A DNA stretch of 64,000 nucleotides. It comes from a virus (Duplodnaviria; Caudoviricetes). The stretch is from IMG/VR virus record IMGVR_UViG_3300014039_000541, positions 1-64,000 of that record; one strand, 5' to 3'. The notes under the pieces are model-generated. The model searched no databases. It had not been told where the DNA came from and saw only the letters and a program-made list of their open reading frames with translations. Shown piece by piece: positions 31,368 through 42,711 of this stretch. Position 1 is the first letter of the stretch, and every line of letters starts with the position of its first letter. The translations under genes were made by a program, and so were the position numbers.

Positions 31368-32264
31368 ATGAGTACTTTTAAAGAATGTACATATAATACT
31401 ATAAAAAATACAGGTGAATTAATTAATGGAAGATTATTATATTCATGGTTATTAGGTGGGAATATATCACAACCTGTATATTTTGGATTAAAAGATACAG
31501 ATAATAATTGGAACGGAAATTTAGTATCAAAAGGGACCTCATCATTTTATTTAACATCTGATACAAATGGTTGTACAGCAGAAGTTAAAGATTCTACATA
31601 TACACCAACTACAGCAGATGCGAATACAGCAAGAGAAATATGGTTAAATATTCCTAAATCAACTGCTTCAAGAACTATAAAATTTAGTTATAATGGAACA
31701 ACTGTACTTACAGTTATTTAGAATGTAAGAACAACATATAACTTATATATTGTAGAACCATATATATATAATAATATATCAGAAAATGATATATCATCTC
31801 CTGTATATTATTTAAGTATGGATAATGAGTATAATGAAGAATATATAGCAAGGTCAGAAGCAAATAATATTAATGTTCAGATGAGTAATTTTAAAGAATA
31901 TTTGATTTGTATATTGGACGCTGATATGAATACAATAATATCAAGTGATAATTTATTAAGTGGCACATTTAAACTTAGTAATCTTATAAATGATTATAAT
32001 TTAACACATATACAAGGAGATGTATTTCCTGATACTAGTTATAAAGATTATATTGCATCATTCGCAAGAGGTATGTATGATTCGGAACAAGATTATTATA
32101 TTAATAATTTATATTAGACAACGGAATATAATGGTTCAACAATATATATATGGAATCCTGCAAATTTAATTATACATGATAATACATTTATATGTGTTGG
32201 CGAGTTTTCATTAACTGGTAGTTCATCAAATTATAGACTTGGTAAATATACAATAGAATTATAA
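31368..32264 (+). CDS. Ig/BACON-like domain protein, 298 aa, TAG=Gln; paralog of 46287..47171
   Basis: Track ORFs 31368 and 31818 joined by TAG at 31719 and 32115; TAA 32262-32264. Confidence 0.7.
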
Positions 32265-32266
32265 TA

Positions 32267-32294
32267 AGACATTTTATGTTTTTTATAGTATAAA
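32267..32294 (+). promoter_or_regulatory. Candidate phage promoter AGACA-N17-TATAAA
   Basis: Recurrent motif upstream of the clamp loader gene. Confidence 0.45.
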
Positions 32295-32331
32295 AATTAA
32301 ATAAGAAAGATTTATTTAATTTTATTGTATA

Positions 32332-33318
32332 ATGGAAAATACATCAACGAATACAAGTAATAATACTCAACATGTAACGCAGAAATTGTTTACAGAAATG
32401 TTGAGACCACAAACATTGGATCAAGCAATTATAGTTCCGAGAATTAGAGAGGTTCTTCAACACGGGTTGACAACTAATATTTTACTTTCCGGTTCCGCTG
32501 GTGCTGGTAAAACTTCCCTAACTCGCATCTTAACTCGCGGATACCAAGTTCTTGAAATTAATGCATCTCTTGAAAATGGTATTGATACCATTAGAGATAA
32601 AGTTATTGCATTTGCATCTCAGTCATCTCTTTTTGATGGTGAGGAAAAACTTAAGGTTGTTGTTCTTGAAGAGTGCGATGGTCTTTCTCTTGAAGCTTGG
32701 AAAGCTCTTCGTGCAACAATTGAAAAATATCATAAAACTGTTAGGTTTATTGCAAACTGTAATTATATCGATAAGGTACCAGAACCTATTCAATCAAGAT
32801 TTAATGTTATTATAATTGATCCACTTACAAAAGAAGAAGAAGATTATCTATTTAACGGTTATCTTGAGAGAATTAAATATATTCTTACAAAATTTAGAAT
32901 TCAATTTACAGAAGAAACAGTAACATCATTTGTAAGAAGTTCATTCCCTGATATGCGTTCACTTCTTAATAAGATCCAAAATCTTTATACAAGAGGATTA
33001 AAAGAATTATCAGTTGATATGCTTGCATCTTCTTATGATTGTTCAGAGTTGTTTAAGCTTATAATTGATAAACCGGATCCTGTAAACAATTATAAGAAAC
33101 TTGTTGCAGATTGGTCAACACGCTCAGATGATGCAGTTCTTGCAATAGGTAAGGATTTTCCTGATTTCATATTGACAACATGTCCACAATATGGTTCAAA
33201 ACTTCCACTTATTCTTATAGCAACAGCAGAATATAATTCTATGCTTGCAACATCAATAGATAAGTTTGTGACATTGCTTGGACTTGTATTTAAATTGCAG
33301 TTAATTATACATCAATAA
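32332..33318 (+). CDS. Clamp loader AAA+ subunit (T4 gp44/RFC-like)
   Basis: LRPQTLD, Walker A GSAGAGKTS, EINAS, Walker B VVLEECDGL, IQSRF and FPDMR motifs. Confidence 0.93.
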   Translation: MENTSTNTSNNTQHVTQKLFTEMLRPQTLDQAIIVPRIREVLQHGLTTNILLSGSAGAGKTSLTRILTRGYQVLEINASLENGIDTIRDKVIAFASQSSLFDGEEKLKVVVLEECDGLSLEAWKALRATIEKYHKTVRFIANCNYIDKVPEPIQSRFNVIIIDPLTKEEEDYLFNGYLERIKYILTKFRIQFTEETVTSFVRSSFPDMRSLLNKIQNLYTRGLKELSVDMLASSYDCSELFKLIIDKPDPVNNYKKLVADWSTRSDDAVLAIGKDFPDFILTTCPQYGSKLPLILIATAEYNSMLATSIDKFVTLLGLVFKLQLIIHQ

Positions 33319-33394
33319 TTTTTAGAATATAAAATAAAAATGTATCTTTGTATTATTAGTTTTATATGAAGATACATTTTTAATTTATAAATAT

Positions 33395-33595
33395 ATGGCA
33401 ACAAATAGTAGTGAAATTCTTACATTTCCTTTTAAGGTAAAGAAGAAATCAGGTAAACCATTTAAATCAATGTTAAAAATAAATACAGCAGTAGGAACAG
33501 TTAAAAATGAAAATGATCCTAATAAAAAAGATGCATTTATTTTTAAAGAAGATAATTCTGTTGTGAATGTAGATATGTGTGAAATTATTATGTAA
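33395..33595 (+). CDS. Small hypothetical protein
   Basis: 66 aa, KVKKKSGKPFKS; preceded by TATCTTTG at 33343-33350. Confidence 0.6.
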   Translation: MATNSSEILTFPFKVKKKSGKPFKSMLKINTAVGTVKNENDPNKKDAFIFKEDNSVVNVDMCEIIM

Positions 33596-33614
33596 TAATA
33601 AATTATTAAAAAGT

Positions 33615-33642
33615 AGACTAACTATTAATATATAAGTATAAT
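33615..33642 (+). promoter_or_regulatory. Candidate phage promoter AGACT-N17-TATAAT
   Basis: Recurrent motif upstream of the Hc1-like gene and the tRNA. Confidence 0.5.
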
Positions 33643-33708
33643 ATATAAATTATAGTGAATATTTCATTATAAATAAATCATAAAACAAAAATTTAATTTA
33701 GAAAAAAG

Positions 33709-33888
33709 ATGAACGATATTTTGACAAGTATTAATGAGGCATTCGCTGGTTTCCAGGCAGATGCAACCGCTCAGGTAGAGAAGGGTAATAAGGCTGCAGG
33801 TCAGCGTGCACGTAAGGCATCTCTTGCAATTGAGAAGTTGCTTAAGACATTCCGTAAGGAGTCTATCGAGGCTGCTAAGACAAAGTGA
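33709..33888 (+). CDS. Histone H1-like nucleoid protein (Hc1 family, Bacteroidota type), 59 aa
   Basis: MNDILTSINEAFAGFQADATAQVEKGNKAAGQRARKASLAIEKLLKTFRKESIEAAKTK; below the ORF-track cutoff; TGA stop. Confidence 0.85.
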   Translation: MNDILTSINEAFAGFQADATAQVEKGNKAAGQRARKASLAIEKLLKTFRKESIEAAKTK

Positions 33889-33963
33889 TAATTAACATTG
33901 TTTAACTTAATAAAGAATTATCTTTACATTATTTAATTAGAAGTAAAGATAATTTTATTATAT

Positions 33964-34035
33964 GCATGATTAGCTAAGTGGTACAGCAGGAAACTTTAAA
34001 CTTCCAGATCACGGGTTCGATCCCTGTATCATGCA
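33964..34035 (+). tRNA. tRNA with UUA anticodon (ochre suppressor type); amino acid identity uncertain
   Basis: Acceptor GCATGAT/ATCATGC, D arm GCT-AAGTGGTAC-AGC, anticodon arm GGAAA-CTTTAAA-CTTCC (TTA at 33996-33998, A31-C39 mismatch), T arm ACGGG-TTCGATC-CCTGT, discriminator A, no encoded CCA. Confidence 0.85.
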
Positions 34036-34065
34036 CATCTAAATTTAAAATAAAAGTATAAAACT

Positions 34066-34110
34066 ATGGAACTTCAACATTGGTAAGTTACATGTGATCG
34101 TGGACCTTAA
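34066..34110 (+). other. Candidate leader ORF MELQHW(TAA)VTCDRGP(TAA)
   Basis: A-rich AAAACTATG start context, in-frame TAA at 34084, Arg-Gly-Pro-stop end; relatively GC-rich stretch in an AT-rich spacer. Confidence 0.45.
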
Positions 34111-34181
34111 TTTTTGTATATTTTAATTTTATATATTAATCATAAAACTATTATTAAACAAAATTAAAACTATACAAAATT

Positions 34182-34565
34182 ATGAAAACACAAAAAGAAA
34201 ATGTAATAAGATTTAAGAATTATCTTAAGAAAAGAATATCAGAAAGAAAACAACTTAAATTAATAGCGAACAAATCATCAAAAGATAAAGATTATAATTG
34301 GATTAAATCTAGTCATGCTAAATCAGAATTAGAAGAAACATTAGAAGATATACATGCACTGTATATTGCATATTATATTGTAAAACATGATTTAATTAGT
34401 CAAGAAAAAGAACTTGATTATATGATAGAATGTTCAAAAACATTTAAGAAACATTATACTGTATATACAACGAAACAATGTTTTTTATCACAATATGGAT
34501 ATGTAAACAAGAAAATAAATGAATATCTAAATAAGTTTGGTTATGAAAGTGAATTTATTAAGTAA
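34182..34565 (+). CDS. Hypothetical basic protein
   Basis: 127 aa, LYIAYYIVKH motif; overlaps the next gene. Confidence 0.65.
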   Translation: MKTQKENVIRFKNYLKKRISERKQLKLIANKSSKDKDYNWIKSSHAKSELEETLEDIHALYIAYYIVKHDLISQEKELDYMIECSKTFKKHYTVYTTKQCFLSQYGYVNKKINEYLNKFGYESEFIK

Positions 34566-34920
34566 ATTAAAAATATTTACTAATAAACATAAAGTTATTA
34601 ATTTTAAATTAGAAACAAATAATAAACTTTATATATTAGTAAGTAATCAATTGAATCCTATATATGGAGCAGTTCAAGGAGGTCATGCAATAGCACAGTT
34701 TTTAATTGAGCATCCTAATTCTGAATGGAAAAATAATACTGTTGTTTATCTTTCATGTGATATAGATAATTTTTTAAATAGACAAAAGAAACGTAATCAA
34801 TTATTAAAAGATGAATTACATAGTGTATTTAAGGAACCAGATTTAAATAATCAAATAACAGCAATAGCATGTTATAAGATACCTCAAAAATATGTAAAGA
34901 ATTTGAAGTTGTTGAGATAA
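34537..34920 (+). CDS. Peptidyl-tRNA hydrolase (Pth2-like) protein
   Basis: KLYILV..QL.PIYGAVQGGHAIAQF ... FKEPDLNNQITAIAC ... LKLL, matching the Pth2 pattern 'aaQ..HA ... D ... T.ia'. Confidence 0.7.
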   Translation: MVMKVNLLSKLKIFTNKHKVINFKLETNNKLYILVSNQLNPIYGAVQGGHAIAQFLIEHPNSEWKNNTVVYLSCDIDNFLNRQKKRNQLLKDELHSVFKEPDLNNQITAIACYKIPQKYVKNLKLLR

Positions 34921-34932
34921 TAAACAATATAT

Positions 34933-34973
34933 AGAGATAATAGATAAGTAAAAATATTCTATTATCTCTTTTT
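34933..34973 (+). terminator. Rho-independent terminator
   Basis: AGAGATAATAGA...TCTATTATCTCT followed by a T-run. Confidence 0.7.
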
Positions 34974-35019
34974 ATTTAAATAGAAATAAATAATTAAACT
35001 ATTAATAGTATTTTTAATT

Positions 35020-36117
35020 ATGAAATTAGTTAACGAGAAAATAGGATATGTGGATGAAAAGCAGTTTAAACTTTCAACTGTAGTGAATGCGATGGTTGAA
35101 TTTTTAACATCTCCTGATATTCATTGGGATTCTAATTATGAAGTTAAAGGAAAGCCTAATGTAAAGGATATAGATGGATTTGGTTATCATACTTTTACAT
35201 TTGATTTAGATAATAATAAATTAGGATTTATAAAAATTATTATTGTTAATATAGACAAAGATAAAGTAAAGTCTACATATAAATTCCAAGGATTTTTAGA
35301 CGATGAAGAAACAGCTTTTTATTCACCTGTTGATTCTACTGTAGATAAGAAGAAAAATAATTGTGGATATATCTATATTAATTATGATATATTTAAAGAA
35401 TATATTTCAGATAAACAGAAATTAACAGATGAATTAAAGGAATATACATATCATGAGTTAAGACATTATTATGATAATATAATGGGCGTATTCGGTGGAC
35501 CATTGAAAGAACTTATACATATTACATTGATAGCTGATGAATTTGATATTAATAAACAAACATTCAAGGAGAAGAATAAAGAAGCATTAACTAAACATGA
35601 TACAACATATAAGTCATTGCAGAATCTTCTTTATGTTTCACAACCAACTGAATTAAATGCTTGGTATCATTCATTCGTTCAACATATGATGGTATATCAG
35701 AAGAAGAATCCAAATGCAACAAAAGATGATATTATAAATTATATTACAAAACCTGAATTAAACGGTAATGATTATGCATGTTTCATTTACAGTTATGCTA
35801 TTGTATATAAGACATTCGGTAATTATGCTAAAGCTATAAACGGTTTGTGTTCACAAGATCCTGTTAAGTTGTATTATTATATAATTAATACATTGAATGA
35901 ATGTCAACCATCTGATAAGACTATTAAACAGATGAATGATTTATTTGAGAAGAATTATATTGATTATTTCACAGATACTGTTGATTATAAAACATTCGGT
36001 ATAAAGTTAAGTGCATTCATTAATGATTATTACATGCATTATGTGTATAAGAAAATTGCGCCTAAGTATTTACATACATATAAGAATATGCAGAAGTTTA
36101 TTTCTACACTTGTTTAA
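35020..36117 (+). CDS. HEXXH zinc-metallopeptidase-like protein
   Basis: YHELRHYYD plus a downstream PTELNAW as candidate third ligand. Confidence 0.55.
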   Translation: MKLVNEKIGYVDEKQFKLSTVVNAMVEFLTSPDIHWDSNYEVKGKPNVKDIDGFGYHTFTFDLDNNKLGFIKIIIVNIDKDKVKSTYKFQGFLDDEETAFYSPVDSTVDKKKNNCGYIYINYDIFKEYISDKQKLTDELKEYTYHELRHYYDNIMGVFGGPLKELIHITLIADEFDINKQTFKEKNKEALTKHDTTYKSLQNLLYVSQPTELNAWYHSFVQHMMVYQKKNPNATKDDIINYITKPELNGNDYACFIYSYAIVYKTFGNYAKAINGLCSQDPVKLYYYIINTLNECQPSDKTIKQMNDLFEKNYIDYFTDTVDYKTFGIKLSAFINDYYMHYVYKKIAPKYLHTYKNMQKFISTLV

Positions 36118-36138
36118 AAATAATTTATATTTAGAAAA

Positions 36139-36849
36139 ATGAAAGCAAAAGATATAGCAAGTTAGTTAGGAAGTTTGGCAGCTGCAGCTTCGTCACAACC
36201 AGGAAATTACGATGCTAATGATATAGATACAGATATTCCTGACGAACTTCAAGAGCCGGATCCGATATTCGTTGTTGAGCATGAAGAGGTAATGTCTACA
36301 GATACAGCAAAAGCATTAAAATCCGTTAAGTAGATTGTTAATACCATTGTACCTGAAGCATATCAAAATAACCCTATTATAAAAGATAAAATATTACAGG
36401 ATGCAGATTAGTTAGGACAACTTTATTATCAATAGAGTATGAACAATGTTATGATAAAGGTAATTATGGATACTATATCTAAAGGAGATACATCCGCAAA
36501 ATTATTTGATTCATATACAAAGTTAATGTCTATCGCGAAGGATTTCAATAAGTAGATTAATGAGATGCAGAATCAATTCAGAAAATATTATATTGATACT
36601 TATCTTGATCTTCAACATAAGGAAGATGAAGATCTTATTGCAGAAGATAATGGAGTTAATAGGAAAGCTGTAACGACTTCAAAAGAAGAGCCATAGCAAG
36701 TTACATATGAAGAAGTAAAAGAGTCTCATACAGGAGACAATATGGACTTACGAGAGACTTCTACACGTGATACAACAATAAAGGTATAGGATTGGAAAAA
36801 AGAAATATATAAAAAGAGATTTGAAGAAAGTAAAAAAGCAGAAGAATAA
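36139..36849 (+). CDS. Hypothetical helical protein, 236 aa, TAG=Gln (absent from ORF track)
   Basis: ATG 36139, seven in-frame TAG, TAA 36847-36849. Confidence 0.7.
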
Positions 36850-36873
36850 TTGGATATTCTTCTGCTTTAATTT

Positions 36874-39800
36874 TTATAATTGATAAATTGTACTCATGCC
36901 TATAGTTGTTATTTCATCTTTAATTCCATGTACATAAAACTATACAACTAATTGTAATATACCTATTTCTTTCCTACCAGAATTATTTTCTGATATATAA
37001 TCTGTTATTATACCTCGTTGATTATGTAATATCTTAAAGTCTTTTATCTTTAACATTGAATCTTCAAAATTTTCCGATGATATTTCTTCTATTTCTCCAC
37101 CAGATCTTTCCAATGTATATCTTATATTATGAATATAATCTCTAATAACATACTCTTCAATACTATCTAATCCTTCTTTAGGTAAATCTTTAACGTCAAA
37201 CATTAAGTTATATATATTAGTTGTAACAGAAGTACCATATTGTTTAATAGATAATGAATGAATCTACTCATGTTGTATAAGGTCTCTATCAGATTTCTTG
37301 TCAATTGTCAACATACATTGTAATTCACCAATTTTTGATTTATGTGATTCTGTTGCTTCCTTTGCAGTAAATTTAACTTTATTTGTTTTTGAAACATTAC
37401 CTTTCTATGTTAGAAGATTACATGTACATCCTTCTTGTTCGACAATGGTTCCGTCACTATAATAAATTTTATACTTAACAGAAACATTATTAGAGTTATC
37501 AGTAGATGCACCAGTTTCATTCATATTATAAATAACAGTTTCACCGTAAGTTGATAATGTATTTAATGGTGAGAACTATGATTCAAATCCCACAATAAAT
37601 ACATCTTTATAATATATGTCACGAGTACCTGTTTCAAATTTACCTACGGTATCTTCTCCTTTATCTACATAAACAAAACCATCTGCTTCATTTATAACTC
37701 TATTACCATATACGTCACAACAAATCATATTAGGCGATTGTGAACCTAATAATTCTGGTTTAATAGTTAATATCTTATTTGCAGATTTAAACACAACTTG
37801 CTTATCTATTAATCCTTGTTCTGTTTGCCATGTTTCCTAATCTTCTATTATATATGATTTCCAATCCCAATGAACTCTTAACGGAATATCTTTATCATTA
37901 AATTTCTATGATAATATATTCTATGAAGAATCTGGTTTTAATATAATATTTCTACCATTTGATATTGTAACAGGTTTATCTTTGAATACATAAAGATTTT
38001 CATTTGTATATTGAAGACTTGCGTCTATCCATATATTCTGTAAAAGTTTAGGATCATAATCAAATACCTAGGCGGAATATGTAGTATCGAGATAACTGTC
38101 AAATAACAATGGTTTTGGTTCATATGTCACAGAAGTTCTCTATACGACACCTTTATTATATCTGGATGTAAATTCTTCTCCATAACTATTAACACGTAAT
38201 ATATACTACGCTGCACGTAAATGTGCAGGACACATCTTTAATTTATATGGATTAAGTGTCGTTAATTTACCACCAACATTTAATGTACGTTCTGCTTTAT
38301 TATGATATAACTTATTATTGAATTTCTATAAATCAACTACACCATTTAATGTATATGTAAATGTATTATCTTCATTCTATGATATATTAATAATTCTATA
38401 TGCTGTTTCATTATCTATCGCATTATTTGTATAATCATTATGAATTTCTGTTTCATCAGTATAACAAATTTTAACAACTTGATTCTCCATGAATCTTTGT
38501 TTGGTATCATTTGTAATATGAACATAAGATAAATTATTGGATGTATCAACTGTTAATTCTTTATCTATTGTACTATTACCTTTGGAATCTTCAAACACAT
38601 ATTCATTTGCTGTATATACATATGCGTTCATGGAATTAATGAAGAATGCAGATGAGTTAATAGATGAGTTAACATTTTTATCAATAGATTTCTAATATAT
38701 ATCATCAAATGCTTTTTCATTTAACATGTTTGACTTTTTCTTTACTGTTATGTAAGAATTATTTAAGTCAAACCTATAATAAGATGAATCTATAATAGAT
38801 GAATCATGCGTATAGAATTTTTCTACCTCAAATGGATATATATCAACTAATATATCTTTTTGAATGCAATCATATATACATAAGCCAACATATGATGAAT
38901 TTGCTAATATTTCTCTACTTGGACTTTCATCAACCAATATGAATTTATATATATCATTAGTTTTCTATATACTTAAAACCTATTCAGTGAAGTTATTGAA
39001 TACTATGAAATTACCAGGTTTTGGAGTATCAATAGCATATGATATATTATCATATTCTATAGTGTTAGGTGAATCAACCAAAGGATCAATATCATATATT
39101 CTATATGTCTAAGGGTAAATAGGATAATTACCAAACTTGTCTATATCTTTAAATAACTATTCTTGCTCTGTATTTTTTAATTTATCACCTAATGAATTTC
39201 TATTATAAAAATCTTTATTATTTACAACTTCTTGTTGATTAAGAATAATATCAAGACTTATAGGCTTTGTAGTAACTGTAGTAGTATCATCACTGTTATT
39301 CACGAATATATTATTATAATAATCATATGCGTTTACCGAAACAGTATAATTACCTAATCTGTTTACAGACACATCTACATATCTGTTAGTAGAAACACAT
39401 TTATCTATTTCCGCATTTGATGTTGCAGTTTTTAATTTTGAACTATCAACAGTATAAATAGGAACTCTATCAGATAAGTAAGTATAATTTACAGTTATTG
39501 GTTGTTCACTACTTTCTAATTCTTCTCCGAATACTAATTCACATCCGCATGCCTTACCATTATTAATATTTAAATCTGATTGCTTATTCCTAAATAATAT
39601 TCTTCCTTCTATAATCTCAAGAATGTAATCACCTGGTAGTAACTCGTCATTATTACCGCATTTATAATTACGGATAATTATCTAAGGTACATTCCATTTA
39701 TTCTATGATGTATATATGAATTCTGAATCTAAACCATTATAAGTTTTTGAACTTATTTTCTTATTTGTTTTCTATGCCCAATATAATTTATACTTATCAT

Positions 39801-42357
39801 AATTTCTTTCATTTTCCATAGGATATAAGAAAACTTTCTAGAAGTCTTTATATACAGGTTCATCAGTTTCCTACTCATATAAAGCATAATATTCTTTACC
39901 ATTTTTCTGATCACTCACAACATTAATTGAATATGCAATATTAGTTTTCCAGTCACCGTGACAATACCTTAAATTACCTTGAGTTATTTCAATTATAGGC
40001 AATTCAGATTTATCGATTTTAGAAAAATTCTATGTATCATCATAAAATAATATTTCATTATCCTATATAAGAATAGGGTTCTATATATAAGAAGAATCTG
40101 TAAATTCAGCTAATGTACCAGATGAAACATCTTTATTTGTTAATACAAACTAATATTCCTATACAGGTACTAATGTTTCTAATGGAGCAGAAACATATAT
40201 TGACGAATTCAATGTTTCATTATATACTTCATTTATGATAAAATCTTCTATTTCAAAATCATCATAATCTCCTATTGTTAAAGAATCAAATTCATTTAAT
40301 GAGCATTTCAACATTGCTGACGAATCTCTAAATAAAATATCATTTATACACATATCATCAACAGATGTATCTAAATGTGAAAGAGATGCATCTAATGTAT
40401 CATTATGATATTCATTATTAGATGAATCTGTTGTTACATTTATATATGGATTATTATGAACAATCTTAGGTGTTACTTTAGCAATAGTTGTAATATCCTA
40501 CAAATGATGCTATGTAACATATGCCTAATTTTTCATTCTCTCAATGATTATTCCTTCACCACATATATCAGATATATAACAGTTGACACCCAATATATAT
40601 TTTTCTAACCATTGTTTTACAGAGAATAATTTTGCGAGAATTTCATCCGTTCTGTATTCATATATAGGTTTAGTTATAGGAAGTTGAAAAAATACATCTT
40701 GTTTTTCAGTAAATCCAGTGCTCAAATCTTGGTGATGTGTATCTTTATTATATGATGATTTATATAAACCAGATTCAGGTGAAGTTGTTGGATTATCTTT
40801 TGCTGGATTATCCAAACGTCTTGTATACATGGTGATTTTTTCACCTGTTTCATCATCTATTTCATTAAGGTGATATATCATGGATAATCTGTTTATCTTC
40901 TTATAACGTTCGAACTCACCATATGTAACACCTATTTTCTTTAACTTAGTATTTAACGATTCACCTTTCTATAAATCATATGTCTGTAAAGTTACATATC
41001 TATCTTTGTTATTCTAATCCTTTATTTTATACCATTCCTTAAATATTAAGTCGCCATATCCTAAAAATTTGATAGCTCCCATTAATGCTTTATATGTACC
41101 AACATAAGGGAATATCTGATCATAATTAATCATAAGTTCTTTAGACTTTGTATTAATTAATGTCCAGTCAACACCCTATTCATCAACATCTTGTTCCTTA
41201 AATATATTAGGATATTTAACAGGATCAGGAATTCCAAAATTTCCTAATAATGCTCTAAACCTTTCATCTTCCCCTTCAACTTCAGTTAAGAATGTAAACA
41301 AACCTAAAATATACTTTTTCTTTGTTTGTGTATTAACAAGATACATTGCCATTATATTTTGATAACATCCTTCAACCTCTGTTTGAAATCCAACAGAGAA
41401 ATATATTGGTGTATTTTCAGGTGTTTGATTAAATTGATCATAAAAATTTAATTTAGTATTAACCTCATATGAATCTTCCCATATAATGTTTGCAACAGAA
41501 TCAGATGATATGAATCTCATTTCAGAATCTTTTTGAAATTCAAATCTCAATGTATAATCAGTGTTTGAATTATCGAAAGTAGGTCTACCATTTCCATCGT
41601 TAGTATTAGTAATAATAATAAATGTACTGGCAGCTACAAATTCTGTTGAAACTTTATCCTATTGAATCTATCCAGTATATCTCACACAAGGAAATAAATC
41701 ATCATAATTAAAATTATTAACAATAAGATAATTAACAAATGTTCTCTAACCTAACATTTTATTATCTTTCTATGTCTCATCATCAAATTCTGCAATAGTT
41801 ATTAAGTTATTATCTATTTTATAATATATTGCCTTTTCATCTTTAATTTCCTCTGTATTTACATTATCAAATATATAATTAATTGGATAATCCTATGTAA
41901 TAGTTTCAGATAAAGTATGAAAAGTTAATCTTACCGTATTATATACATAATCTGTTTGTTCTTCAAATTTTTCTTCCCATCTATGCTCATTTCTATTATA
42001 TATAGTACCAGTGGATTTTGAATAATCAACTTTTTTATTAAATAATATTAATTCTTTAATATTATTTAATTCCTTTGTAATTATAGTTTGTCCTGTTTTA
42101 TGATTTACAATACTGGTATTTACTGTTATTCCAGCGTTAAATAAGAATAAACCATGTTTATCTATTACTGTTGTTAATGTATGATTACTATCTGCAATAT
42201 CATACATGAAATGTCCTGATGGTGTTTCAATAAAATACTGCTCTAACTATGCATGCGGAATTATTTCCCATTGAATACTGTATACTTTTTCAACAGGAAT
42301 TTCATATCCTTTTTCTGTAAAGAAAATTAATTTATCTCTTTCATCTATATTGTTCAT
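36874..42357 (-). CDS. Large baseplate wedge/structural protein, about 1827 aa, TAG=Gln
   Basis: Nine track ORFs from 36940 to 42207 share one frame; the ends checked are TAG and gaps were spot-checked. Contains GTYKALMGAIKFLGY (P2 gpI/T4 gp7-like wedge segment). Confidence 0.7.
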
Positions 42358-42367
42358 CTTTCAATTA

Positions 42368-42622
42368 TCAATTTAAATTTGTAGCATTTTTAGGATATGT
42401 ATATGCGTATGCCAACTTTATCTGTTTAACCTAATCTATCAAGAATTCAAATAATCTTTCTATTTGTCTGAATATTGTATCATTCATAGGGTTAGCGAAT
42501 AATTCAGGTGAAATAACATTCTTCAATATATGATGCTTATAATCATAACCTAAATTTTTATAATCATCATACATGTGGTCTTCCTATTCGGTAAATGAAT
42601 TAATATACTTAAAACGTGGCAT
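42368..42622 (-). CDS. Small structural-module protein, 84 aa, TAG=Gln
   Basis: ATG 42622, two TAG, TGA 42368-42370. Confidence 0.6.
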
Positions 42623-42659
42623 ATAATAAATATTCCTTTTATTTCATTATTTATTATGA

Positions 42660-42696
42660 AAAAAGAGAATAACTCATTTCTGAATTACTCTCTTTT
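42660..42696. terminator. Terminator hairpin
   Basis: AAAAGAGAATAA...TTACTCTCTTTT. Confidence 0.55.
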
Positions 42697-42711
42697 AATA
42701 TTTTATATTTA

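Noticed and set aside
33964-34035. Ordinary tRNA-Lys(UUU) or tRNA-Leu(UAA)
   Set aside because: Stem pairing centres the loop on TTA, and the variable arm is short, unlike tRNA-Leu. A Lys ancestry remains possible.
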